64,000 bases of DNA. Origin: a virus. The stretch spans positions 15,798 to 79,797 of IMG/VR virus record IMGVR_UViG_3300012683_000008; one strand, written 5' to 3'. Of this stretch, positions 18,960-28,600 are shown piece by piece. The translations under genes and the position numbers were made by a program. The notes under the pieces were generated by a model, which saw nothing but the letters and a program-made list of their open reading frames with translations, was not told the DNA's origin and searched no databases. Position 1 is the stretch's first letter. Each line of letters begins with the position of its first letter.

Positions 18960-19603
18960 ACATGTCACCAGTCAGAGCTGGCCTCGATGAGGTCGGCATC
19001 GGTGCTCTCTCGGGCCCGTACATCGCCGCCGTTGCCGTCTTCCGAGAACGAGATCTTCTTCTCCTGCCACATGGAGTGAAGGACTCGAAGAAGACGACTG
19101 AAGAACAGAGAGGCAACCTCTACCTCCCCATCTGTGCAGCAGCCTGGGACGTTGGGCTTGGCTGGGCCTGGCCATGGGAGATCGATCGATACGGCCCCTC
19201 TGAAGCCCTTCAGATGACGTACCGCAGAGCACTTGGAGAACTGAGGGTCCAGTACGACGTCCTGGTGGTCGACGGCAACATCGGGGTCCAGAGTTTCAAG
19301 GACCTATACCGCCCTGGGCGCATCATCGTTGAGCCGAAAGCCGACGTGAACCACCGAGAAGTCTCGGCCGCATCGATCATCGCCAAGTGGGCCCGAGACG
19401 AGATGATGATTTCGTACTCGAAGAGGTTCCCTCAGTACGCCTGGAACGAGAACAAGGGCTACGGCACGAAGTCTCATGAAGACGGTATAAGGAAGTACGG
19501 ACTACTCGTAGACCCTCAAGACACGAGTAGGTACCTTCACCGGAGACACTACTGCAAGAAGTTCATGTATGAGACAAACAACGGTACCACCAGGGTTCGA
19601 TAG
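18956..19603 (+). CDS. rnhB: Ribonuclease HII
   Basis: GLDEVGIGALSGP, GVKDSKK, VVDGN, AASIIAKWARD, NKGYGT. Confidence 0.93.
   Translation: MNMSPVRAGLDEVGIGALSGPYIAAVAVFRERDLLLLPHGVKDSKKTTEEQRGNLYLPICAAAWDVGLGWAWPWEIDRYGPSEALQMTYRRALGELRVQYDVLVVDGNIGVQSFKDLYRPGRIIVEPKADVNHREVSAASIIAKWARDEMMISYSKRFPQYAWNENKGYGTKSHEDGIRKYGLLVDPQDTSRYLHRRHYCKKFMYETNNGTTRVR
19484..19491 (+). promoter_or_regulatory. GGTATAAG motif inside rnhB
   Basis: About 80 nt upstream of ORF 19569; uses an ATA codon that looks uncommon here. Confidence 0.45.
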
Positions 19604-19847
19604 CCAGGTCCCCTGTCTCTGCTGCAACCAGATGGTGCTGATCAGATCCAACGACTGGACCAATTCATCGGCCGGTCTTTGCGTTGGCTGCTACGGCTTC
19701 TTGCCGCTTCAGCTCATCCAGGTGCTGTACATCCTGAGATGCCAGATCGGTGCGATCCACATCCAAGTCGGAGAGGTGCAGGGGAACATGCAGAAGCTCT
19801 TCAACACTGTCAGGGACCTCGAAGAACTGGTCCTCAACACGCCCTGA
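19569..19847 (+). CDS. Small zinc-finger/coiled-coil protein
   Basis: CLCC...CVGC; followed by terminator. Confidence 0.6.
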   Translation: MRQTTVPPGFDSQVPCLCCNQMVLIRSNDWTNSSAGLCVGCYGFLPLQLIQVLYILRCQIGAIHIQVGEVQGNMQKLFNTVRDLEELVLNTP

Positions 19848-19852
19848 AAGGG

Positions 19853-19884
19853 AAACAGAGAGGACGAACCTCTCTGTTTTTAGC
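19853..19884 (+). terminator. Hairpin terminator followed by TTAGC
   Basis: AAACAGAGAGG-acgaa-CCTCTCTGTTT then TTAGC. Confidence 0.75.
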
Positions 19885-19886
19885 TC

Positions 19887-20363
19887 TCAGTCCTTGCCGC
19901 CCATCGCCTTGTGCAGCTCCATCGCTGCCTCGATGCAGATGTTCCGGAAGAACTGGTTCGTGCCGAAGCCGTTCACCTTCACGAACCACGCACCGATGTC
20001 GGCATCGAAGCTGAGATCGCAGCGGCCCTGACCGAAGACCTTCGCCATCACCATGCTGAGGGTCTTCTCGAAGTCCTTCTTGAACGCCGGCAGGCGCTCG
20101 TCCTTCTTGCGGTCCGCATCGTGGTAGCCCCACGGCCAGACGTGGTAGATGACGTCGTCACCCTTCACGCCGAACTCGGCCTCGAAGGTGTGCACTCCCT
20201 TGATGGGCTGGAAGTCGACCTTCTCGAAGGGACGGGTCCCTCTGTCGGCTTCCTTCTGAACGACCGGCAGACTCTCCTTCCTGACTTCGGTCAGGAGACG
20301 AGCTCTTGCCTCATCGACCTGCAACTTCTCTCGGGTCTGGGTCTGCTGCTCAGTCCATTCCAT
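19887..20363 (-). CDS. Hypothetical protein
   Basis: 158-aa ORF, GAGG RBS, typical codon usage. Confidence 0.7.
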   Translation of the reverse strand: MEWTEQQTQTREKLQVDEARARLLTEVRKESLPVVQKEADRGTRPFEKVDFQPIKGVHTFEAEFGVKGDDVIYHVWPWGYHDADRKKDERLPAFKKDFEKTLSMVMAKVFGQGRCDLSFDADIGAWFVKVNGFGTNQFFRNICIEAAMELHKAMGGKD

Positions 20364-20605
20364 AGTGCCCTCGTGTGCTGAAAGAACTCCGTATCCCTCT
20401 ACCTACGGCGCTCTGTACCATAGCACTCGAATGAGTTCTTGCAGCCCCTCTTGTAGACGGGTTTCGAATCGAGTAGTCGGATGTCCGAGATGCAGCCCTT
20501 GCCACCAACGGAGTCAACGAAGGAAGTGACCTTCCTTCGAGCTCAGCCCTCTCTGGGTCTACGAGAAGCCGAGCTCTGTCTCCTGTACTCGGATCTTCGC
20601 CCGAT

Positions 20606-21304
20606 TCAGAAGCGCTGAGGCTGCTGCGGTTGCTGCTGTTGGTGATGGGGCATCATGTGCCCGGCCACCATGGCGCCACCCACGGCCCCACCGATGGCGA
20701 GGTTGCGACGCAGGTTCGACGCCTGCGCCGTTGGAGAGCCTTGAGGCCTGACGTGAGTCTTGGTCAACCCACCGCCACCCAGAGACTGCGGAAGCACTCC
20801 AGCGTTCGTTGCTCCATGCGCTGCACCGCCACCGATGTTGACGGGAGCCTTGGTGGAAGAGAAGCCACCGGCGACATGCATGCCTGCTGCACGAGGCTTG
20901 AGAGCCGGCATTGCTTGAGTGACACCTGTCTTGAGAGCCGGGGAGACAGCCTTCATCTCCGTCCGAGCAGTGCGAGCCAAGCCACCAAGCGCCCGACCAG
21001 CAACCGTCAGCTCGTTGGCCTCCTTGGCCATCCCGAGCTTCTCCAACTCGTCGAAGAACGCTGCGATGCTGACGCTGTCCATGCCCTTCTTCTCCCAGCC
21101 ACGAAGGCTCTTGTCGAAAGCGTCTGAAGCTACCGCGAGCTGAGCCATCACGGGAATGGAAGCCTTCTTCACGTGATACGGAAGCTTCTTCTTCACCTTC
21201 TTAGGAGTGGCGTGCTCCCACTCGTGAACCATCTTCTCGGACATCTCTCCACGACCTGCCTTCGCGTGGAACAGTCGCCGCTGGGCCTCTGACTTGAACG
21301 GCAT
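20606..21304 (-). CDS. Two-module putative virion protein (MPFKSEAQRR module + FFDELEKLG module)
   Basis: 232 aa; internal AFFDELEKLG; C-terminal AIGGAVGGAMVAG and poly-Q. Confidence 0.7.
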   Translation of the reverse strand: MPFKSEAQRRLFHAKAGRGEMSEKMVHEWEHATPKKVKKKLPYHVKKASIPVMAQLAVASDAFDKSLRGWEKKGMDSVSIAAFFDELEKLGMAKEANELTVAGRALGGLARTARTEMKAVSPALKTGVTQAMPALKPRAAGMHVAGGFSSTKAPVNIGGGAAHGATNAGVLPQSLGGGGLTKTHVRPQGSPTAQASNLRRNLAIGGAVGGAMVAGHMMPHHQQQQPQQPQRF

Positions 21305-22194
21305 CAGTGAACCTCTTCTTCCTTCTTCTTCTCGTCAGCCCCGCTGCTCGTGTAGTTCCCGCCCGGAGCGAGCTCGTGGATGGATGGAGGAGAGCCCATC
21401 GGGTGCTCCATGCGCCAGCGCTCGAACTGCTGGAGCACGTCCTTGAGAGCCATGTCGGAAGTCGACAGAGCGTTGTGGCACTCGACGACGACTTTGCTGA
21501 GAAGGGCGATGGACTTCACCTTGTCTGGCATCGTTCCGGGCTTGGTGTTGACCTCTTCGATGTTGTGGAAGGAGATCTCCTGCACCCGCTGAATCATCCT
21601 CTTCGACTCGATCGTCTGGTCGAGACGGAGATGGAAGTAGACGAGGGACGGAGGCCCATGAAGAAGGGCCATGTGGCGTTCGTACATCGCCGTGCGACCG
21701 TAGAGGAAGCGGCCCCACTCATCGAACGTCATCAGCTTCACGTTCCAGAAGAAGTGGTAGAACGCCTGGAGACCGTCTGCGGTGAGGAAGATGTTGTACT
21801 TCTTGTTCAGCTTCTGAGCGGTGGTCTTGAGCTCCAGCCGGCCCATCAGTGCCTGCTCTACGAGCAGACGTCGATTCGGGTCCGCCAAGATGTCCCAGGC
21901 CTCTTGAACAGCCTCAGTCGGGTAGAAGAGGTCGTAGACCTTCATGTCCCTCAGGTACCGCATCGAGGGAAGGTGGGTGCGGCTCGCTGGGTCGAACGCC
22001 GGTGGGAGCTCTGCCATCTTCTGGCGCAGGAAGCCCCAGAACGTCGGAGCCGGCTGGAGGAAGCCCCAGTCGTCCAGAGCCTTCGTCAGCATCGCATCCG
22101 TGATGCCTGGCTCACGGAGCAACAAGTACCGGAGGTAGTGCTCCGCCGGATGCTTGTTGAGGTTGACGATGTGGTTGGTGAAGACCTCGGGCAT
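21304..22194 (-). CDS. Hypothetical helical protein (terminase small subunit candidate, weak)
   Basis: 296 aa, coupled to both neighbours; function not recognised. Confidence 0.6.
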   Translation of the reverse strand: MPEVFTNHIVNLNKHPAEHYLRYLLLREPGITDAMLTKALDDWGFLQPAPTFWGFLRQKMAELPPAFDPASRTHLPSMRYLRDMKVYDLFYPTEAVQEAWDILADPNRRLLVEQALMGRLELKTTAQKLNKKYNIFLTADGLQAFYHFFWNVKLMTFDEWGRFLYGRTAMYERHMALLHGPPSLVYFHLRLDQTIESKRMIQRVQEISFHNIEEVNTKPGTMPDKVKSIALLSKVVVECHNALSTSDMALKDVLQQFERWRMEHPMGSPPSIHELAPGGNYTSSGADEKKKEEEVH

Positions 22195-24602
22195 TACGCC
22201 TCCGCGTGCTGAACGGCCTTGAGGGCGACCAGGACCTCTTCGAGGTTCTTCATACCTCTCTCGATGGCCCCTTCTGGAAGCTGCTTCATGCCGAGGTAGC
22301 TCGACAGAAGCATCTCAGCGAGCTTCTCCGAAGTTGCCTCCAGGTCCGGCATGTACGAGACGAAGATGCCCAGGTTCTCCGGGTTGATGAAGTTGAGGGC
22401 CAGGAGGCTGTCCACCGTGCTCTCATCGTCCAGAGCTGCGGCTTCCTTCGTCAGGTCACGGCGCAGGTTCGGCATCTTCGAGATGAGAGCCGACGCTGTC
22501 TTGGTCGCCTCTGCGTACCTCTCGGCGAGCAGGGTGATGGTCTTCAGACCAGCGAGCTTGACGGTCCCCTTCTTCCGGGCCTCGGCCATCTTCTGCTTGG
22601 CCTTTGGACCTTCGACGCCGAGAACACCGAGCATGAACTCGGTGGTGACGGGATCGAGATCCTGGCGGAAGTCACGGGCCAGCTTGTTGAGACCGCAGCC
22701 ACCTTCGAGGTTGAAGGAGCCGTTGAAGAAGAGCGTGACACCGCTCTTCGCAGCAGCGTGCTTCGTGGCCTGGTTCATCGCCACTGGGTCAGAGGCGAGC
22801 TGCGTCTGGCCGTTGAGCCGCATGAACTTCCAGCTCTTGGGCAAGGCGTACTCGACATCGGAAACCCGAGTCGGGCGAGCGATTCCCTCGGCGAGGTGGA
22901 CCTGAATCTGGTTGCCGAAGAGATCCTGACCCATGAGGATCTGGTTCCCGTCAGGGCCGGCTGCGGTCGAGCCGATGGTGATCGGGGCGGTGCAGACAGC
23001 ACCTCCGCCCTCGGACGAGTAGAAGACTCCGTCGCCACGAGGCTCATCGACCGGGAAGGTCGTGCCCTTGCCGACGAGACGACCGGCGATGGTGTCCTGA
23101 ACGGCGTAGGCCGACCCGTTCGTGAAGAGGGCGATGGGCTGCGGAGTGAACTCCCCGTCCCACGACAGCATCTGGGGGAAGACCCAGCCCATGATCTGAT
23201 TGCCCATGGCGTCTTGAACGAGCCACTCACCGAACTCGTCGACCGCCTTCTCGTTGGTCGTGTAGAGCGGCTGCTCTTCGGCTGGGTCCGCCACCGCAGT
23301 GGCGACCTGACCTGGCTGCATGGCCATGGCCTGCTCCTGGCCCATCGCCTCGGCAGCCTCGTCTCCAGGCAGAACTTCTCCCTGTGCTGTCTGAGGAGAG
23401 AACGCACCGGTGTTGGCGGTCTTGAAGAGGAAGTCTCCGCCCGGCAGCTTCTGGATGGTGACGGCCGTGGGCTGAATGCGGTCGGCCAGGTTCTTCATCA
23501 TCTCGTTGGTGGTGGCGTACTTCTCCTGGTCCATCACCTGGATGAGGGTCTTGCTGATGCCGCTGCGAGAGAAGCCGGCTCGGAGAGTCGGGTCCGAGGC
23601 CACCTTGTCGATGAACGATGAGCGATCCTTCTCTCTGATGGTCGGAGCGATGGCAACGAGCAGAGATGCCCTCTTCTCGGACATCGCCAGAACACTGGCA
23701 GTCTTCGCCTTCGCTGAGACGGGCTTCTTCTCTGTCGACTTGGCGATGTCCTTCGCTTTCTGCTCGATCGCCTTCATCTCAGGAGGCTTCGAGTACACCT
23801 TCGGGTGGAAGCCGTAGACCTTGGCGGCGGTCTCGTAGACCTTGTTGGTCACCTCGGGGTGCGAAACGGTGCCGTTCTTCTGGACCGCCTTCATGACGCC
23901 GTCGCTCTTGTAGATGGCGTCCCACTGCGGCTTCGAGATGTGGTTGAAGGCCTCTTTGACCATGGCCTCCTTCTTCTTGGGGTCCTTCATGCAGTCGAGC
24001 TCGGACATCCACGAGTCGACGATCTCCTGGAGGCCACCGTCGCCGTAGTACTTGGTGACCGTCTGCACCATCGCAGCCGTCTTCGTCTTCGCCGACGCCT
24101 GCTTGTACTCACCGCCCTGGCCGATGCCGGAGCGCTGCGGAGGGTTGGTCGCTTCGACGAGGCTCGGGTCCCGAGGAGTCGAGGTCGAGAGATCGAACGT
24201 GCCTGGGTTGAAGAGAATCTCCCGGATCCGCTCCTCCGTCATCGGCATCACCTTCTCGCCGTCGAGGAAGACAGAGAAAGGCTTCACGGCCCGGTCTTCG
24301 ATCACCAGCGGGATGCGGATGTGAGGGAGACCTGCTTCCTGGTGCTCGACCTCCGGCCGCTCGGTCTTGTTCGAGACGTCAGCGTAGCCAAAGGCGAACC
24401 CACGCTGCGGATCGACCTTCGCCAGGTTCACGTTCACCTCGTAGTCCGAGAGGAACGGGAGCTGCTTGTAGAGCTCGCTGGTGAGCTCCTGCGGCCACAT
24501 GTCGATGTTCTCCGACAGGCGGCTTGCGAAACCGGCTTCCTTCCTGAAGGACCGGTCGAGCTCTGGGAGCTGATCGAGGAACAGTGGTTCAGACATGTTC
24601 AT
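22194..24602 (-). CDS. Large putative virion structural protein
   Basis: 802 aa in the spike/RNAP operon; KEAG, KQAS, KTAA, KTAS, KRAS, KVAS, KEAA motifs. Confidence 0.7.
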   Translation of the reverse strand: MNMSEPLFLDQLPELDRSFRKEAGFASRLSENIDMWPQELTSELYKQLPFLSDYEVNVNLAKVDPQRGFAFGYADVSNKTERPEVEHQEAGLPHIRIPLVIEDRAVKPFSVFLDGEKVMPMTEERIREILFNPGTFDLSTSTPRDPSLVEATNPPQRSGIGQGGEYKQASAKTKTAAMVQTVTKYYGDGGLQEIVDSWMSELDCMKDPKKKEAMVKEAFNHISKPQWDAIYKSDGVMKAVQKNGTVSHPEVTNKVYETAAKVYGFHPKVYSKPPEMKAIEQKAKDIAKSTEKKPVSAKAKTASVLAMSEKRASLLVAIAPTIREKDRSSFIDKVASDPTLRAGFSRSGISKTLIQVMDQEKYATTNEMMKNLADRIQPTAVTIQKLPGGDFLFKTANTGAFSPQTAQGEVLPGDEAAEAMGQEQAMAMQPGQVATAVADPAEEQPLYTTNEKAVDEFGEWLVQDAMGNQIMGWVFPQMLSWDGEFTPQPIALFTNGSAYAVQDTIAGRLVGKGTTFPVDEPRGDGVFYSSEGGGAVCTAPITIGSTAAGPDGNQILMGQDLFGNQIQVHLAEGIARPTRVSDVEYALPKSWKFMRLNGQTQLASDPVAMNQATKHAAAKSGVTLFFNGSFNLEGGCGLNKLARDFRQDLDPVTTEFMLGVLGVEGPKAKQKMAEARKKGTVKLAGLKTITLLAERYAEATKTASALISKMPNLRRDLTKEAAALDDESTVDSLLALNFINPENLGIFVSYMPDLEATSEKLAEMLLSSYLGMKQLPEGAIERGMKNLEEVLVALKAVQHAEA

Positions 24603-24605
24603 CTC

Positions 24606-25673
24606 CTACTTGGCGAACAGGGACGACGAGGTGATGTCAGGGGTCGTTGGGGAAAGGGGAGGGCCGGTTGGAGCTCCAGGCGACGTTGTCGAGTGCATGT
24701 GGTTGTCGAGCCATGTCAGAAGAGGAGGGGCGAGAGCAACTCCCTTGGTCCCACCGCCGGCGTAGAGCTTTGGCTTGCAGTTCACCTGGCCCGAGCCTTC
24801 GATGTTGACGTCGCCTCCTGATGACTTGATGTCGACACCGTCGCTGCCCTTGATCTCCGCTTTCTTCTTTGAGTCGACGTTGAAGTTGTCTTCCGTCTTG
24901 ATGGTGATGGCCTTCTTTACCGTGAGCTTGAACTCCCCGTCGATCACCAGCTCAGCGTCCTTCTTCGTCGTCAGCTTGAGCTTGCCGTCTTTACCAAGAC
25001 TTAGCTCGATCTGTTTCTCGGCGCCGCTCTTGCCCTTGTCATTGATGAGAAGGGTGAGAATACGGTCGTCTCCATCACCGTGGGAACCGATAAGAAGCTT
25101 GGCAATTGGCTCCTCGTCGTCTGCGAACTCTCGGGCTGCGATCAAGAGAGAGGCTGGTCTCTTCCCGTCAGTCGTGCTCTCTTCTCGTTCCACTTTCCAT
25201 TCGAGGTCACCACCGAGAGTATGGAGACCGTAGTTCTCACAGAAGTCTTTGATGGTGTTGGCGATGGGCAGGAAGATCCTCTGGCACAGAGGCCCAGCCC
25301 CTATCTGTACGACTCCACCTCTCCGCAGAAACAGAAAGTTCTCGTCACGGGTGCCCATGTAAATGTCACCCGGATTGAGGTCTTTCTTCTTCGCCCTCGC
25401 ATCTCCGTCTTCGGACGCTGGCCCCCATGCGAGGATGAAGGGCCGGTTGTGATCTGAGGGCGAACAGATCCAACAGAGGCTGCCCACCTCCGGCATGAAG
25501 TAGATGCCCTCACCGTTCGAGTAGTGCTGGTACGGCGTGGCGAACTTGATGCCGGTCAGAGGCTTCTTCGAGAACTCGGTGGCAGCAGAGACCGTGTAGG
25601 TCGTGATGTCGACGTCCAGGATGATCCCGGACTCGATCCTGGCTGCAATTACCTCAGACTGAGTCGGAGTCAT
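24606..25673 (-). CDS. Baseplate central spike (P2 gpV/Mu gp45-like)
   Basis: N-terminal OB-fold motif FMPEVGSLCW, beta-helix repeats, C-terminal LDNHMH..PGAPTGPP (HxH apex). Confidence 0.75.
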   Translation of the reverse strand: MTPTQSEVIAARIESGIILDVDITTYTVSAATEFSKKPLTGIKFATPYQHYSNGEGIYFMPEVGSLCWICSPSDHNRPFILAWGPASEDGDARAKKKDLNPGDIYMGTRDENFLFLRRGGVVQIGAGPLCQRIFLPIANTIKDFCENYGLHTLGGDLEWKVEREESTTDGKRPASLLIAAREFADDEEPIAKLLIGSHGDGDDRILTLLINDKGKSGAEKQIELSLGKDGKLKLTTKKDAELVIDGEFKLTVKKAITIKTEDNFNVDSKKKAEIKGSDGVDIKSSGGDVNIEGSGQVNCKPKLYAGGGTKGVALAPPLLTWLDNHMHSTTSPGAPTGPPLSPTTPDITSSSLFAK

Positions 25674-28600
25674 CAGTACACGTACTTGGCTTTGCTCGGC
25701 GGAGCCTTACCGAACTCGGCCCCATACGCTACACCAGGAATCGGGTGAGTGCCGTGGAGGTCGGACTTCATGTTCGTTGCCACACCCTCCTGAAGGGTCG
25801 AACGAATCTGCTGGAAGTTGAGCCGGGCCATCCAGTCCTTCGACCGCATGGGCAACTGGTTGACCGACTGGAGCATCGGCCGGTGAACGACCTGCCTGGC
25901 ACCCTTTGCCATCTCCCGGTTTCTCTCTTCGACCTTCGAAAGGGCGATGATGTCTCCAGGCGTGTAGTCCGAGTCTCCTGGCTCTACGACCTTGGTGAGG
26001 TTCGTGAGGGCCCTGACCACCGTCTCGATGTTCCTCCGCCGCACGCCCTCTTTCTTGTAGAGGCCATTGTAGAGCTCGTTCGTGAGGTGGTTCTGCACGT
26101 TGGACATGTCGGTGTACTTCAGGAGGTGCAGAGGGTTGACGTGACCTTCTGAAATCGCATCACCCTTCTTCACCTCGGACCCGATCTGAACCATGAGCGG
26201 CAGCTTCACCGGCACGTAGTGACGCTCGTCACCGATGAAGATGTCGTGACCACCGGCCGCATCCTTCTTGATGTCCGTCACCTTGCCGGTCACCTTCGAG
26301 AGGGTCGCCTCGTTCTTCAACTTCTTTGGCACCTTGAGGAGGTTGTTCAGCTTCTCGAAACGGCTGACCGACATCGCTCCTCTCGTGCTGCCGGCGATGC
26401 CGCCGGAGTGGAATGCGTCCATCGCCATCTGCACAGCCGGTTCACCCATCGACTGGCCAGCGAGGATGCCGACGTTCGTGCCCTCTGAGTGGAGGGTTCC
26501 GTTCTCGTTGAGACCGAAGCACTTGGCGCAGATGCCTTCGCCCTTGTGGCACTTGAGCGGAGAACGAACGACGACCTTGTCGTGCTTCGAGTTCTTCAGC
26601 CGGCTCCAGATCTCTGGAGTGACGAGCGTTCCGGCCTTGATGACCTTGCCGTCTTTCGTCTCGTACGGCTTGGCCAAGAAGCGATCGTGGATGTCCTCGT
26701 GTTCGAGCGGCATCAGAACGCCGTGGGTAGTACCGCAGTCCTCAGACGTGATGAGGTAGTTCATCGTCGAGTTGAGGATCTCCTTCGACATCGCTCCAGG
26801 CTCGCTGGTGCCCTGAGCACGCTGGAGGGTTCCCTTGCGAGCGCCGTGCTGTGCCAGCCAGTAGTCGCCGATGTCCAGACCTTCGGAGTAGCTCCTGGTC
26901 ACAGGCGTTGGGATGGTCCGGTTGGTCGCATCCTGCATCAACATCGGAGCAGCGATCATCTGTCGGAGCTGCTCTGGCTTTCCACGAGCCCCGGAGTAGA
27001 CCATCGTGGCAAGACGGTTCGACGTACCAGCGAGCTGGTGCCGAGCTGAGGCATCGAGCTCTTCGGTCGCCTTCGAGTAGATACTGACGAGCTTCGCATC
27101 GAGCTCGTCCTTGCCCTTGACGGTCTTCTTGGCCTGATCCGCTTCCTTGTGGGCGACGGCCAGGATGCGGTCTCGACCTTCTAGGGGCTTCAGGTCCTTC
27201 AAGCCGATGGAGAACGCCGTCTGGTAGGAGTGCTCGTTGCCGAGATCCTTCAGGGCGTCGATGGCCTGAGCGAAGTGCTCTGAATGGTTCTTGGCGAGAT
27301 CCGTCGCCATGTGGCTCATCGTCTTCTTGTTGATCTCGTAGCTCGGATCGTGAAGAACACCCTCACGCATATGCATGGTCTTCGGCAGCCACGCAGCGAT
27401 GCGCATGCGGCCGAGAGTGGTGTCCTTGCCGTTGAGCTTGATGATGTCCGTGTGCTCGATCTCGTGCTTGTCAGCAGCACGGTCGACTCCGGCACCGTCA
27501 GTGAAGCTCTTGGTCGTCTTCTTGCCCCACTTCGACATCAGGTGGAGACCGAGCATTGCTTCCTGGCTCGGCGTGTACATGACGCTGCCCGTGGTCGGGG
27601 AGAAGAGGTTCCTCGACGGGAACATCTTCTTGGCCTCGTCCACTGCCTCACGAGACAGAGGCACAGTACCGGCCATAGTGTCACCGTCGAAGTCGGCGTT
27701 GAAACCACCGGTGACGAGCGGGTGAATCTGAATGGCCTTGCCTTCGATGAGCTTCGGCTGGAACGCCATCACCGAGAACTTGTGGAGTGCAGGGTCACGC
27801 TTCAGGAGGATGGGGCGGTCCTTCACCACCTCTTCGAGTGCCTTGAAGGCGAAGTCGGTCCCGTCCTTCATCTCCTTGCGAGCGACGAGAGGATCCATGC
27901 CCCAGCGTCCGAGCTGGGCGACCACGAAGGGCTTGTAGAGCTCCATCGCTGCGTTCTTCGGCAGGCCGACCTGATCGATGTGCAGGTTCGGCTCGGGGAT
28001 GATGGTGGAACGGATCGAGAGGTTCTGCCGCCTCTTGACGAGCTTCGACTGGAAGTAGGCGTCCTTTGGCTGGTCGCCTTCTCCAGAGCCACCGAGAGTC
28101 TCCAGGATGCCCTTGAGCTTCCTCCGACCGCTCGACTCGTCGTAGACGGGTCGGTAGTCGCCGACTGCCTGGAGTGCTTTGTAGGCGTCCCAGAGAGCTG
28201 ACTGGAGCGGCTTCCGATCGCTCTCCGTGAAGACCGCTGGGTCCCAGTCCTTGAGAGCCTGGTTGACGATGGCGAAGTTCTTGTAGTGCTGAACGATGGG
28301 CGGAGTGTTCACGTCCCCACGGTCTGTCGGCGTCATCGGCCGGAAGACCGGCGGGATGATCGGCAGGTAGTGGGTCATGTACGCCTCAGCGGGCGACATG
28401 CCGTTCTCTTTCAGAGCGGTGAGGAACTTCACCTTCTTGTGGAGACGATCGAGCTGAGCTCCCTTCACCGTCTTGAGCCGCTCCTTGGCCCCACGAAGTT
28501 CGGCATCGACGTCAAGCTTCTGCAATGCGGACTTGATGGCCGCACCACCGGTCTTGCCGTTGAGGTCCTGCTTGCCGGCCATGATGGCGTCGATGTCTTC

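Noticed and set aside
20481-20618. 45-aa plus-strand ORF in the intergenic gap
   Set aside because: No RBS or promoter motif, atypical codons; the region is better explained as structured non-coding sequence
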